A stretch of 62,985 nt of DNA, filler included, from Reticulomyxa filosa (lineage: Eukaryota > Protista > Foraminifera), in the NCBI GenBank assembly GCA_000512085.1. It is 16 parts of 16 records of this genome, joined end to end, with 100 filler letters (N's around TTAATTAATTAA, not from the genome) between each part and the next. Parts side by side here need not be neighbours in the genome. Positions count along the whole stretch, not along the records: positions 10,240 to 14,900 come from ASPP01005277.1; positions 15,001 to 18,373 come from ASPP01000112.1; positions 18,474 to 19,565 come from ASPP01020629.1; positions 19,666 to 20,942 come from ASPP01025783.1; positions 21,043 to 29,213 come from ASPP01024931.1; 11 more parts are not named here. One strand, 5' to 3'. The notes under the pieces are model-generated. The model saw only the letters and a list, made by a program, of their open reading frames with translations, did not search any database and was not told the DNA's origin. Shown one piece after another: positions 13,340-26,052 of this stretch. The translations under genes and the position numbers were made by a program. Within the stretch, counting starts at the first letter, position 1. Each line of letters starts with the position of its first letter.

Positions 13340-13906
13340 TTAAGAACAGATTTTAAACCCATAATATCCATGTATTCCCCTCAATTTGCACAAATGTGAG
13401 GGGATGAAGTGTTCCTTTTTGTCTTTTTGCTCAATGAAATGTACGCCATGTCCTTGGCGGTAGGTGTCCATTTGCCATGTGTTCCATTCGCGCTTCGCGG
13501 ACACAGGTCTGGTTTTCCATCGAATTTTATTGATCACAGGTAACTGTTTATTTGTGACACGGAACTTGTTGAAGATCAACAAGTAAGGAGAAGATGGATT
13601 GGGAAGCTTTCGCTGTCCTAATTTGCCGCACTTGATTTCAAATGGCTCATGTACCTTTCCATTCACATATTTTTAGATGACAATTGGGGCACACGTCTTT
13701 TTATTCGAATACAAAACAAACAAAAAAAATACATCTCAGGTTTGCTTCAAAACTGCAATGAAACGACTAATGTATCCGTATTTTTGCAACTGTGCGAAAA
13801 TTTCTACGTTCTTTTTTGTGTTTGGGACATAAAATGATCGCTTTTTATGGCGGACGGCATCTTTCAGCAATCCTAAAGCATGATATACATTATTATGACA
13901 ACTCAT
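13340..13906 (-). CDS. Divergent ribosomal protein uS8, probably mitochondrial, with one intron
   Basis: Exon 1 (not in ORF track): MSCHNNVYHALGLLKDAVRHKKRSFYVPNTKKNVEIFAQLQKYGYISRF. Exon 2: PVINKIRWKTRP...GHGVHFI...LRGIHGYYGFKI. Both halves follow the uS8 pattern. Confidence 0.6.
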
Positions 13907-14448
13907 TTCTTTCCGTAAATGATATGTTGGCGCTTTTTTTTAAGTAATGAAGGATACCCTTTTAACAATTTTTTTATTTTCACAGTTCTGAGAAGTAACA
14001 TGATAAAGAATAATTCTATGAAAAAGATTACTCAGCCCAAATAATAAGAATATTTTAACAAAACCAAACCTGCAAAAAAGCAAATGAAAAAAAGCGCTTT
14101 GTCATCGTTAAATCAAAGCTAAAAGTAAGGGAATGTATTTTGTTAGTGCACACTCCTTTTTTATAATTTTTTTTTCAGCAGTGTAAATGAAGAATTGCCG
14201 TTTTTCTATAGAGTTTACAGAATTGTTTTTAAAAATGTGTTCAACTAAGAAACGTCTCATAAAAAATTATATTTAAAAAGTTGAATATTTTTTGAAAAGA
14301 AGTTAGAGTTTCAGATTTAAAAAATATCATGAGTTGTTGACTGTATTTTAAAAATTTGTTAAAACAAGTCGTTTCTAACTTTTCTTTGCAGAACAACACG
14401 GTAACAAAAAAAATTGAAAAGGAAAATCATGGTTAAAAAGTTTTGGTA

Positions 14449-14900
14449 ATGTATAAGTATTCTTCACAAGATGAGAGCATATGGAAATGGGATAAGAACA
14501 AGCCCCTTACTTGGGAAACTGTAGTGGACAAGTTATCTCATTTCGGTCCGTCGTTTAAGCTTTCATCAAAGCAGGTAGAAGTGTTGGACACGCCCAATGC
14601 ATTTTACGAGCGTCTGTTAGACGAAATAAAAAAGCAGAAAATCGAATCTTTATTTCTACACTGTACATTGGGCAAGGAGCACAAGAGCAAAATTTGGTGA
14701 ATGCCTTGCGTGAAAGCATTGGAGCAAAGCCGGAGTTGACAGTGAACATTTTGATGGATTACAGTCGAGGACTGCGCAGCATGGACGCGAATGCATGTTC
14801 TCTCAACACATTATCTCCGATTATTGGTCACAGTTCAAACATCGACATTCGATTGTTCCGTTCGCCCTATCTTAGTGGTAAGATAATTTTACCAAAAAAA
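14449..14900 (+). CDS. PGS1: Phosphatidylglycerophosphate synthase (PLD-type), 5' part; start uncertain
   Basis: VEVLDTPNAFYERLLDEIKK / AENRIFISTLYIG / VNILMDYSRGLR. One frameshift in an A-run near 14630. Truncated by spacer. Confidence 0.85.
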
Positions 14901-15000
14901 NNNNNNNNNNNNNNNNNNNNNNNNNNNNNNNNNNNNNNNNNNNNTTAATTAATTAANNNNNNNNNNNNNNNNNNNNNNNNNNNNNNNNNNNNNNNNNNNN

Positions 15001-15200
15001 AAAATTTATCAGTTCTATTATTTTCTTTAAACTATATTATTTCTTCAACTTTGTGACATGATGAATCTTATCTGACCTGCCAGATCCAGCTTTTCTTTTT
15101 ATGGTTCCATTACACTTATATGACGACAGCCAAAATCGAAGCTATACTTATATTAAATTTCTTTGCTACAGATCGAATATTAGTTGCACCAACATAAAGG
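15001..15200 (-). mobile_element. Tc1-like transposase N-terminal remnant (frameshifted)
   Basis: NIRSVAKKFNISIAS followed by FWLSSYKCNGTIKRKAGSGR (HTH plus GRPR-like linker). Homologous to 1-70 but lacks 5 bp. Confidence 0.7.
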
Positions 15201-16095
15201 AGTGTCCTATCTTTAGTTGGCTGGGTGCATTATGACAGAATCCGCAGTCACAAGAAATGTTCTACTTTGTTTAGCAACGATATCGACAATGTAGATCTTT
15301 TGATCATCCCTTAACACTACTGTTCCGTTGTTTGCAGTTGTACGAACAAAGATTATTTCTCATGAGGCACTCCTACATCCGCTAACTACTTTTTTAGATT
15401 GTTTTGTTTGGAAAATTTGTTGTGCAGATCTGTTGTTCGTGGTTGATCTGTTTCTCACACTTTTAAGAATTTTCTCTGACCTTAAAGGTGATTCCACTTA
15501 TTGTGCCATCTGAGTCACTAAATTATTCAACAGCAAATTTTGTGGGAAGAAAAAAATGCCTGGCGGAAAATGGGGACTTGTTGTCAGTTAGAAACGTGAA
15601 CGTATTTTTCTTAGTGTTGAAGTTTACATTAATTAAGAAAAAAAAAGCAAAGTTAATTGCGATTGCTTGTAAACTAACTTCGTCAACCTGCATAAAGCAA
15701 AAAAATGATTGCAAAGAATTAGTTAAATCGGCAAACGCTCTACGATCTTCACAAAAATAGCTTATTAAAGTCCAATGATTGCATACAAAACAAGGGAAAA
15801 AAACAAGTTTTCTGTTACCACTCTTATTTCATCCTTGCTCTTTAAAGAAGAATGAACAAGTCAATCCGCATCAGCACTGAACTAAGGACCAACAAATCAA
15901 AACTCCTTTTTTTTTTAGTTCTTGTCCCACAAACGAAAATTTTTACAACTTTTTGAAAAAGATTTGCACAACTTTCTCAAAAAAAAAAAAAAAAACAAAA
16001 GCAAACGAATAAACAAACAAGCAAGCAATCAATTAAACAAGTTAAGCAAGCAACAAAACAAGAGATGGCATTTTGGAAGGAAGTAGACAAGCCTA

Positions 16096-18333
16096 TCAAA
16101 AAGGATCATCATGGTCACCAAAAAAATCATCATCAGCAGTTGCAGCCGATTGTTTAGGTTTAGCAGGTGCGCCAATTCCAAATAGAGACGTGTCGTTGAA
16201 CGGATTTGTGTCATCTTCCCCATCTATTGTCTCAGAGTTGGTTAGCATTGCAAACGGGTTATTGGTGTCCAACGGTTGACTCGTTGTCGGTTGTGTGTTT
16301 TTCACTTCCGTTTTTTCATCGCTTCCGAAAAAGTCTTCGTTTGAAAATAGGTCTTGTGTCACATTTTTATTTGTGCTCGTGTTCGTATTTGTATTTGTAT
16401 TTGTATTCGCGCTAGTGCTAGCACTAACATTAGCATTCGCATTGGCATTGGTATTCGTGTTAGCACTCACGTTTATGTTAGCAGCATTGGCTTTGGTATT
16501 GGTACTAATGTTTGTCGTAGTGGTCGTGGTTTTGTCATTGTCAAAGTAATCAGTTGTGGAAGCAAACAAGTCATCGTCGTTGCCTGCTGTCGTGTCGGCT
16601 TTTCTATCCGCTAATTCGTTCATGTCTGTCAATTCCATATCAACGTTAGGAGTCACATCATTTTCACCTGTTTTCGTCATTGTATCAGCCTGTATTTGAA
16701 CAAAGAAACAAAATAAATATAAGATTTTTTTTTTTATGAAATTTAATTTGTTTAATTCAAAAAAAAAAAAAAAATTGTATATATTTATTATATATGTACA
16801 TAAAGTCGCAATATAAACAGTAACATCAAACACTGGGAATTCGACATCAATGTTATCTGCAAATTCATCGTCAGCATTTACTTTTTGTTGCTTGGACTCA
16901 AATTCATTCTTTTTGGTTGGATTATCTTTTTCGGTTCGCGTATTATCGGTTTGTTTGGGGGGATTGTTCGAAAACATGTCGTCAGTGCTTGCGTCAACAC
17001 CAAAGAAATTATCGTCTGGTTGTGCCTGTTTCACTTGGCTATTTGTATTCTCTGCAGCTTTTACTTCGTTGCCAAACAATGTATCACCACCAAATGCATC
17101 TATTCACACATACACATGTCTCATACAATTAACAATGAAATTTCATTTCAATAATCCTGTCTTTATCATATATATATATATATACATATACCATCATTAA
17201 ATAAATTGTCATCTTCTTTATCTTCGGAAAGAATAGTAGGATGTGCCTTAATAGAAGCCGTGATGGAAGAGCGTTGTTGAGGCTCTTCAGGGAATGCATC
17301 ATTTTGGATGGCGCTAATGGCAACAGAGCCTCCAACTGGTGTCAGAATATCTGACTTGGCAGCAAATGTGTCTCCCCACATCATATCCTTTTTTTTTTCC
17401 CCCCCCCATACATATGTATGTATATGCACAGTGTGGACTTTACTTTATAAAATAAAAAAAAATAAAAATAAAAAAAAGACGAAACATCATGTTTGGCCTC
17501 TGGCTGTTTGTCATTGGTTTTGTCGAAATTGAAGGTGTCACCCCAATCATCATCCCCTTCGGCTTCATTGCCCGAGAACCATTTGTCATCTTCTCCAAAC
17601 CAATGATTGTCATTGCCTTTTTCTTCCTCATTGGGCTGTGCTAAGGAATGAGTAGCATCTGCAGCTTTATTTTTATCTTTGGTTTTGTCTTTATCTTTGT
17701 CTTTGTCTTTATCCTTGTCCTTTTCTTTTTCTTTTTCCTTTTCTTTTTCATTGTCCTTATCTTTGGGTTTTTTTAATTTGGAGGAAGACGCGACATCCGC
17801 ATTTGAATCAGCAGCTCGTTTCTTTTCGCTGGCGCGTCTGACGGGTGGGACCAAATGTCGAGACAGCTGTGTATTGTCCTCGTTGTTGGACTTGAGTCGC
17901 TCAAAGGGCAAGTCAGGATTGGAATGCGACTTGACCTGTTCGCTGGAGCAGGGGATCTTTGGGAAATGACGTGTGGGGAAGCGAATAAATTTCCACAGCG
18001 TTTCTTCCTTGGAAGGAATGGCAGAGGGCTTGGTAAACTCGGCAAAGTCCGCGCACCATTTCGTGCACCATTCGACTTGCTTTTGTACGTTTGTATAATG
18101 AATTGTCAAGCGTCGCGATTGTTGCAACACTGTCTCGTAGAACAATTTCACCAATTCGACCGACTGCTCATGGTTTTCCATTTCCATTTCGTTCATTTGC
18201 TGAATCGACGTTTCCAATCGATTGAACGCCTTGCTGCACTTTTCTTGGCTACTTTTCACGTCTTTCGTGCCTTTTCCACTCGACACACCTTTTTTTAATG
18301 CTGCTTGCAATTTTGTCCAGTCTTTCAAACATG

Positions 18334-18340
<7 letters not shown>
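16096..18340 (-). CDS. Multi-exon coiled-coil protein (possibly BAR/F-BAR tail) with disordered acidic C-terminus carrying NPF, DPF and WGxxF/DDFF motifs; 5' truncated
   Basis: ORFs 17381-18328, 17166-17429 and 16096-17079. Motifs NNPF, TNPF, terminal DDPF*, DDWGDTF, MWGDTF, DDNFFG, EDFFG and DDFFG. Confidence 0.65.
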
Positions 18341-18373
<33 letters not shown>

Positions 18374-18473
18374 NNNNNNNNNNNNNNNNNNNNNNNNNNN
18401 NNNNNNNNNNNNNNNNNTTAATTAATTAANNNNNNNNNNNNNNNNNNNNNNNNNNNNNNNNNNNNNNNNNNNN

Positions 18474-19565
18474 CAAAAGCAAAAGCATGCGTGGAATGTA
18501 TGCAAAGGAATGGCCTTGCTTTTGTCGCACATGAGCAAGTCGTGCACTTTCGACATTGTTGCGCAATGTGTGGCTATGCTGTGGTCGCATCTTCGGCAGA
18601 CAAGCACATTACAGTATATGTGCGTCGTCATTCAATTGATGTCGTTGCTACCAAGTTTTGATCGCTTTATTGAAATTTTGTTTCGTGAAATGTCGATATT
18701 GCAACCAAAGATAGAAGATAATATATCATCATCATCATCGCTATCATTTCAAATGAAACTTGAATTTATATACATTTTATGCTCGCAAGTAATCTCGAAT
18801 AAAAACTTTGCTTACTTGCTCACGAACAAGTTCATCTTCACCAAACAAGACTCGTTTTCGAGTGCTCCCAATCAAATTGCCATCTTGAATTACATTGTCC
18901 CGTTTTATCACTGCTATTTGACAGACGACGTGCTGCTGCATGCAGATGTGACGACAGACACGACCGAACGTGCGGATCAATTGGTCGTTCTGCGCACTCT
19001 GCGAAAGACGGCCGACATTTGGCAAGATCCAACATTTCTTCGTCAATTCAGCAGTCTTTCGCAGCAATACTTGTCAAAGGCATTGATTCTAATGGTCCGC
19101 TTGGTCATTGCACGCTTGCAGAAGCTGGCAGGTCATGCGCACGTGCACAACATGCAGAAAGAGCCCACCACCACCACCACCACAGGCAATAAAGACTCGG
19201 AGCGACACTGCTTTTCGCTGCTCGTCGATAGAGGACAGCACACTATCCCACCCTTGTTCACCGGCATCCAAGCACGTTTGAATAGCAACCTGTATTACGT
19301 GCGAAGGATGGGAATGCTAGTGGCGCAAGAGTATAGTCACCTGTTTGATGAGATTGTCGAAGAAAAGCTGTCGTTCGGACTCACGTCCAACGAGTCGGAC
19401 GAAAACAAACCTTTGGAAATCGAAATGGAAGAGTCCCAACTGTGTGCACAAGACTTGGATTTGTTGTGGAAGTACTTTTGGAAAGACGGATATGCGCAAC
19501 TCAACATTACGCCATTGATTGAATTGTATTGCAAATACTTTGCAAATATTAGTAGTAGTAGTAGT
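18474..19565 (+). CDS. TEL2: Telomere length regulation protein TEL2/TELO2 (internal fragment)
   Basis: IWQDPTFLRQ...QQYLSKAL and LFTGIQARLNSNLYYVRRMGMLVAQEYS...LSF are typical of the Tel2 conserved domain. Confidence 0.8.
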
Positions 19566-19689
19566 NNNNNNNNNNNNNNNNNNNNNNNNNNNNNNNNNNN
19601 NNNNNNNNNTTAATTAATTAANNNNNNNNNNNNNNNNNNNNNNNNNNNNNNNNNNNNNNNNNNNNTGAGTAAATTATTGTGAGACTTGC

Positions 19690-20466
19690 TCTGGAAAAGA
19701 CTTCAATGAAACTGTTATTGGCTATCACTGGACTTATTACAATTATTATTTAAAGTGGTATATAAACGAAAATGTGACGGTATTAAATTGGAATTATTTA
19801 TGTAAATATCAAGGCTTTCAATTTGGTTATGATTTAAATATCTTATAAATAACAGTAATAATAATATATAAGTGATAAATCAAAGATAAGTTGTTTTCTT
19901 TTGTAACAAAATATGTATTCTCAGGTACATGTGCTTGTTAAATTTTGGCAAAATGGGGAAATGTGATTGTGGCCAAAATGGCAATTAACATATTTCTGCA
20001 ATGGACTCGCTTGGCCAATATTCGTGCATTTTTATTTCAATGTGAATCATTGAAATTCTTAACTGGATCAAATAAATTGAATTTCAAACTATATGACTGT
20101 TTGTGAATGTAGAATTGGTAATTTTGTCTATTGATTGTACCATTATGTGCTATGGTAACTGTATCAAATATCTTAATTTCAACACTTGTTGAACAAAAAA
20201 TCAAGCGTGTGATATCATGGGAAGAAAATATCATTGAAAAAAATAGCGTTTACAAATTATCAGATGAAATTCCTGCATTTCCAATATCGGTGTTAATTGT
20301 GCCTTTTTTATTGCAACAATTCATTTGGATATTTTCTGGTGCATTGAGTGATAATCATTCCCATTTAATAAAGAGTATATTTGGTTCTACATTTGCTATT
20401 ATTAATATTTGTTTTATAGTTGCTGTTATTGTTGCACAACGTTTTCAGGGAATTCAAATATTGTAG
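19690..20466 (+). pseudogene. Disrupted multi-pass membrane protein fragment (possibly 7TM-like)
   Basis: Several hydrophobic segments interrupted by in-frame stops (GTCAC*ILAKW, DCL*M*NW*FCLL). Confidence 0.3.
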
Positions 20467-21042
20467 CAATACATTTAAATATTTTCCATTAACATAAATA
20501 AAAGAAAATAAACAAAATATGTTTGTGTTCAAAGAAAAATTTGAAAATGAGTTATCTCTTGGCCCAGAATATACCACATTTAATTACCTTTGATCAAAAA
20601 AATTACATCCCTGTGATAGTAGAGTAAATTTTTATAATCTTAAAATAAATGTTAAAAAATACATTATTCTTTTAAATCAATTTAAGATATTTTTTGGAAG
20701 AACAATTGTCTTGAAGAAAAAAATATAAAAAAATCAAAAACACTAATTTTATTATAGAGGCATAATTGTTTGAAAATTAGTTAATATTAGCTGCATTGAG
20801 TATGATGATTACATTTCGCTGCTCCAATGCTAATACTTTTATTATTCTTTGATGATTCAATGATTCTACATAACCTTGATTTAAAATTTAAACATTAATG
20901 CGATGAATTGAATCTTCATTCAATAATCTACAATTAATAGATNNNNNNNNNNNNNNNNNNNNNNNNNNNNNNNNNNNNNNNNNNNNTTAATTAATTAANN
21001 NNNNNNNNNNNNNNNNNNNNNNNNNNNNNNNNNNNNNNNNNN

Positions 21043-22743
21043 ATCCAGCAATATTCCAAATGGCATTGGCCGCGTCTGCCCCTGTTCCTCAAGTTTGAAA
21101 AATTGTCTTTGTCAGCAAAAAGGAACATCACATCTCTGGCAATTATTTTCTTCAAAAAAAAAAATTCTTTTTTTTCTTTGCAAAGTTTACATTGAGAAGA
21201 GGGGGGTTGTTACATCAAAAAAAAAAAACAGACATTGGATACTGTAAACCCCTTGGTGTTTTTTAATTTGGTAACGAATGACTATAATGAAGTGGACTCA
21301 AAGTGCCCAGAAATTGTACGCCAAGGATACGCTGAAATGATATCATTGGCAGCAGAAGGCCAGTATAACGTGATTTCGGAGACTTTCCGGCTGTGCTCCC
21401 CTGTTGAGGACGAATATGACGTAACCTATTTGCAACTGTGGGCACGCAATGCCTTTTTAACTATGGCCATGGTCGACTATCCTTATAGCGCTGACTTCTT
21501 GGGCAGTCTTCCTGCTTGGCCTGGTAACGTTGCTTGCAGATCTTGAGGGGTTTTTGTCTGTGTTGTTGATAAATGCAATACACAAACAACAACAAATAAT
21601 AACAAATAACAAATAACAAATAATAAATTGATGATGTAATATATACATATATGTATGAATGTGTGTATATCCGTCTTGTTTATTTAGTGAATGTGAGTTG
21701 CGATATATTGCTGACGTACCAATCCAATCCTTTACTAGCTTTAGCGAATGCCGCGGGAATGTATTACAACGCTTCCTCTGACAATACCTTGGAGTGCTTC
21801 AATATCACTGCTGAATTTATCGAATGTGCAGACCAAACTGGCTGCGGTTTAGGAAATGACGCTATTGCGTGGGATTATCAAATGTGCACGGAAGTTTTGT
21901 TCTGCTCGACAAAAGGGAAAAAGAGTGTGTGTGTGTGTGTGTTTATAATTTTATCTTGTGAAACAATTTCTTTTTGAAAAATAATGTGTATACATATATA
22001 TGTATATATTATTGGTATGTATGCGTTTGCTTATAATAAATGTAAGATTGTGTACGGACAAGACACAAACAATGTCACGGATATGTTCCCTCCTCGCATT
22101 TGGGAGATTCAAAATTTGACTGATTATTGCCAACCCAAGTATGGAGTGACCCCAGAACCGTCGTGGATGCAAGTCTGGTATCCACTTAACATCAGCGATG
22201 CTGGCAGTAAGATTATTTGGTCCAATGGTATGTAACTTGCTTTAATGTTTTGAAAGGTGAGAGGAGGGAGGGGGGGAGGGAGAAAGACAAAGACAAATTG
22301 TCAGAAGAGGATTATTGCCATTGTTAATGTACTGTTATTATTTGTGATACAAAGGGTGAATATGAAAATGATGTATATAGGACTATTGGACCCATGGCAC
22401 GGTATGTTTGGTCATTTGTAAGGAATTGTGTCTTGCCTGTTTTTGCAATCAGTACACATTATTTTGATGTAATGCGTGTATATGTGTGTCTGTGTGGCCT
22501 TAAGGCGGTGGATACCTTGTACCTCCTGGACCTAATGATATGCCCACGGTCATCATTCCAAGTGGAGCTCATCACTTGGATTTGAGAGCTGCCAATCCTG
22601 AAGATCCTCAAGATGTTACTGTGGCAAGAGACACTGAGGTTCAATACATTCAACAATGGCTACAGCAACACAACGAAATGGTAATCAATGGTGGGTACAT
22701 AGCACCCGGTTTCGCTCCTGTCCGTATCTTAGGAAAGAAATAA
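21043..22743 (+). CDS. Peptidase family S28 (prolylcarboxypeptidase/DPP2-like), 3' part, multi-exon
   Basis: ALAASAP, AMVDYPYSADFLGSLPAWP, AWDYQMCTE, IIWSNGLLDPWHGGG (after splicing) and GAHHLDLR. Confidence 0.92.
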
Positions 22744-23245
22744 AAAATAAATTCATAAAAATTAAAAGTATAACTTTGAGCTGTAGGTATAAATACTGTA
22801 CGGTCAATTTGGTGAACAGTTTTTTTTTCCTTCAAAACATTAATTAAAATGAACAAATTAAAGCCAAAAAAAAAAGATAGCTTGTCTTTGTATTGATCTA
22901 TTTGAATTCATTTTCTTAAAAAAAATGGCCACTAAGTGAATATCAACCATCAATGCACTAGCAATGAAAAGTTAAATTTTTAAAAGCAAATGCAAAAGAC
23001 TAAAAAAAAATTAGAGCAGAAAGTTGCGATTGGTGAACTGGAATAATTTATATTGTCTTTTCACCTTTTTTCTACATATATGTTGATAATTTCAATGTAT
23101 GTGCGCCGCCAAGTAAAAAAAACGTCCATATTGCAGGTATTTAAACACAAAAATTTGCGGTACTGTTAATCGATAATGAACATGAGATTAAAATGAGTTA
23201 CTTTTTGTTACCCTAATTGGCAAAAGGAAAAAATATGAGAAAAAA

Positions 23246-23596
23246 TTAATTGCATCTCAAGGCCCAAACACTGGTAACACAAAACACATGTTCATTATTC
23301 CATTGAACGGATGAAGAGGAATCAGAAGTTTTATCCCATAAACAACTGCTAGTGCTATGCAGTCCGGCTCCTGTTCTTTCCAAAACGACGGTGTTAACAA
23401 CATATTTATATTGAAAATCTTGGCTTTTATTTGCTTCAACCAATTTCTTCAGTACATTTGTGACAATTCGTTGACACCATTGTGGGACTTTGTTCGCGTC
23501 AAACTGGCTGTCTCCGAGCACACCACTTATTTCTTCGCGCAACAATTCCTCCGTTGTTTGCAAATCCAAACCTTTTGATTGTGTTGATTGTGTCAT
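23246..23596 (-). CDS. DYNLT1: Dynein light chain, Tctex-1 family
   Basis: YKYVVNTVVLERTGAGLHSTSSCLWDKTSD...WNNEHVFCVTSVWAL. Confidence 0.93.
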   Translation of the reverse strand: MTQSTQSKGLDLQTTEELLREEISGVLGDSQFDANKVPQWCQRIVTNVLKKLVEANKSQDFQYKYVVNTVVLERTGAGLHSTSSCLWDKTSDSSSSVQWNNEHVFCVTSVWALRCN

Positions 23597-24093
23597 TGTT
23601 CTTGCGTTTGATGATGCGAATTTTTTTAGCGGGAATCTTTTTTTCGAAAATTCGAATTACGAGTTTTCGAACTTAAGGTCCTGCATATCTTATGTATCAC
23701 TTTTCGATCACTTTTTTTTGTGCATAGACTTTCGAATAAAAAAGTTTCACAGTGCTTCTGTTAATTATTTGTTGTTTAGTTTATTTCAAACAATGCAACT
23801 AAAGGTGCACAAAATTAGAGCTTTATATTAGTGCTGTTTGCAAGCAGTAAGAAAAAAGCCAGGAACCTGGATATTGTCAAAAGAGTTCATAAGATAACGT
23901 AAAATTTAAGATTAGTTTAGGCAAGTTTCGTCACAAGATTGATTCTGAAATTTTTTGACAATCAACATCCGTTATGATGTTGTCTCAAAAAGATATTGGA
24001 AACGAGTATCGTGTCAGCGTTTTTTTATTGTTTTTTTATTTTGTAATTAATTGATTTTTATATAAGCAAAAATTATTTTCATTGTTTTGAAAA

Positions 24094-24691
24094 TCAAACA
24101 TTGTCAGAATTTTCATTGTCTGTGGTAGTTGGCAAACCAAACAATCCAATTTGAGATGATTGTTCAAGTGACTGTTCTAATTCGTCAATTGTTGGTAAAG
24201 CCACGTTCCATCTTGATTGGTAAAGTCGAACGATCGCCAAAAATTCCAAAGGTCCCCAAATTGGCATTAGCAATTTTGACAATAATGTTGCTTCAGCAAC
24301 AGCTAGTCCAAAGTCTTTGTGTTTTTGTCCAAAAGCTTCTGGGATCCACTTAACCATACGGAGTTGTCCAAATCTTTCCGCACCGTGCAAAATATGGCCT
24401 TTGTAGCGCTGATAAAACTTTTTTATTAAAAACAATGAATTTTCTGGAAATTTTTGTGAACATTAAAAGAAATTTTTGGCTAACATTTGGATATTTTCTT
24501 TTAAAATTGCCGTAAAGTCTTCGTGGCCCTGACAGTTTCACCAATCTGCGTAGTGGTTGCAATCTTGCACAAATTGGGACTGCCGTCGCCCATGTCATCC
24601 AGGCACAAATCTTGAATGTTATCAGTATTTGACCAACTTTTTTTGGATCTATATTATGATCTTGTAGATATTGCTTTAATTTCAAAACCAT
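24094..24691 (-). CDS. Small membrane protein, possibly DUF1279/FAM210-like
   Basis: Two overlapping ORFs joined by a short intron or frameshift. Hydrophobic helices, including GLAVAEATLLSKLLMPIWGPL. Confidence 0.45.
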
Positions 24692-25287
24692 TCTTAGCCG
24701 ATATTTAAGTTTTTTGGCCGGATAGAAAAATTATTATGTATTGTTAGACTCAAAAACTTCATTTTAAAAAAAATTCAGCGTACCCAAGAGCGTTGTTTGA
24801 GACAAATTTTAGTACTTGTCTGATAAAACATATCAATCTTTGTTCATCAGCTGTTTGTTGAAAAATGGATTATCTAAGTCAAGATTGCCGTTATTTCCAT
24901 TGAACCATACTGTTCGACATTTTGTAAACTTTGGAGTCAAATAAATTTTTATAAAATAAGAAAACTGCGTTGTAAGAGCTATGTTACAAGCGAAGTGCAT
25001 CAAACTGTAAAAAGTTGCAGAGAAACAACTAAATGGAAAGCAAGATTTCCAGGATTTAGCCCTTAAAATATGTCGGGCACGAATCGTAATTGAACAGAAA
25101 ATATTTAGTTCTATAAGCTACTTTCAAAATGTATTCCATATATGTTAAAAAAAATTGAATTTGAAAGGAATGCAATGATCGCCATAACGGCGTAAGTGAG
25201 TGTTGAAGAAGAGGAAGAAAAGTGTGAATACAACAAAATGCAAGTAATGAAAGAAAAAAAAAAATTTAAGTAAAAAAAAGATTCTTT

Positions 25288-26052
25288 TCATTTACTTTTT
25301 TTGCGAAGAGCTTTTCTTCTTTTTTTCACTTTGTGAACTTTCATTTTTCGTTTGTGCCATTTTCTTGCTCCTCTGCATTGGATTTGTGCGCTCACAGCCA
25401 ATTGCATTGGATCAAGAGCATAACTCAAAGGTTCGGCAAATTGAAGTGGATCTGTGTTGTCCCCTTCACTAACAAATCGATTATTTGCATCGGTTTGAAT
25501 AAGGTTGGAAGTGGCAGCTTGTTCCTGTGTTCTCAAATGGTCGAGGGTGGAAAGGATTTGCTGGGAAATGTCGTCCATTAGTATGGTGGTCACACTGACA
25601 TTCGTTGCATGATCTCCTTGGCAATCGTTATCGGAAGTGTTATAACGGTGATGGTCATGATGTGTCAATGTCTTGCTGTCCAAAATATTGTTGTAATCAC
25701 CTCGAACAATACGCTCGTACAGTGATGGATTCACATTGTTTTGGTAATTATTCGAACACATTTGTTGCACTGTTCTTTGTAAAAAAGAATATGGCAATCG
25801 TGGACATTCGCGCAATTCCTTGCCTGTGAACCAATGCTTCGAGCTGCAATATCCGACGTGTAAAGATTGAAAATGGTCAACCGACTCTGACATCTTTTCC
25901 ACATTTTTCCTTTGTTCCATTGTCGTATCCATTTTCGTGGACGTTCTTCGTGACAAAAGATATCGCGTTGAATTCAAGTGAGAGATATTTGACGCTGCCA
26001 ACGACACGTTTCGTAACTTGGGCTCCGTAAGTTGCAGAAAATAACTGCGCAT
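25288..26052 (-). CDS. Mitochondrial ribosomal protein mS38 / COX24-like (DUF1713)
   Basis: Presequence-like N-terminus and C-terminal IQCRGARKWHKRKMKVHKVKKRRKALRK. Confidence 0.75.
   Translation of the reverse strand: MRSYFLQLTEPKLRNVSLAASNISHLNSTRYLLSRRTSTKMDTTMEQRKNVEKMSESVDHFQSLHVGYCSSKHWFTGKELRECPRLPYSFLQRTVQQMCSNNYQNNVNPSLYERIVRGDYNNILDSKTLTHHDHHRYNTSDNDCQGDHATNVSVTTILMDDISQQILSTLDHLRTQEQAATSNLIQTDANNRFVSEGDNTDPLQFAEPLSYALDPMQLAVSAQIQCRGARKWHKRKMKVHKVKKRRKALRKKSK

Noticed and set aside
14620-14640. Programmed frameshifting in PGS1 (and in the channel gene near 53216)
   Set aside because: Both shifts sit in short A-runs in a homopolymer-rich assembly, so sequencing error is the simpler explanation.
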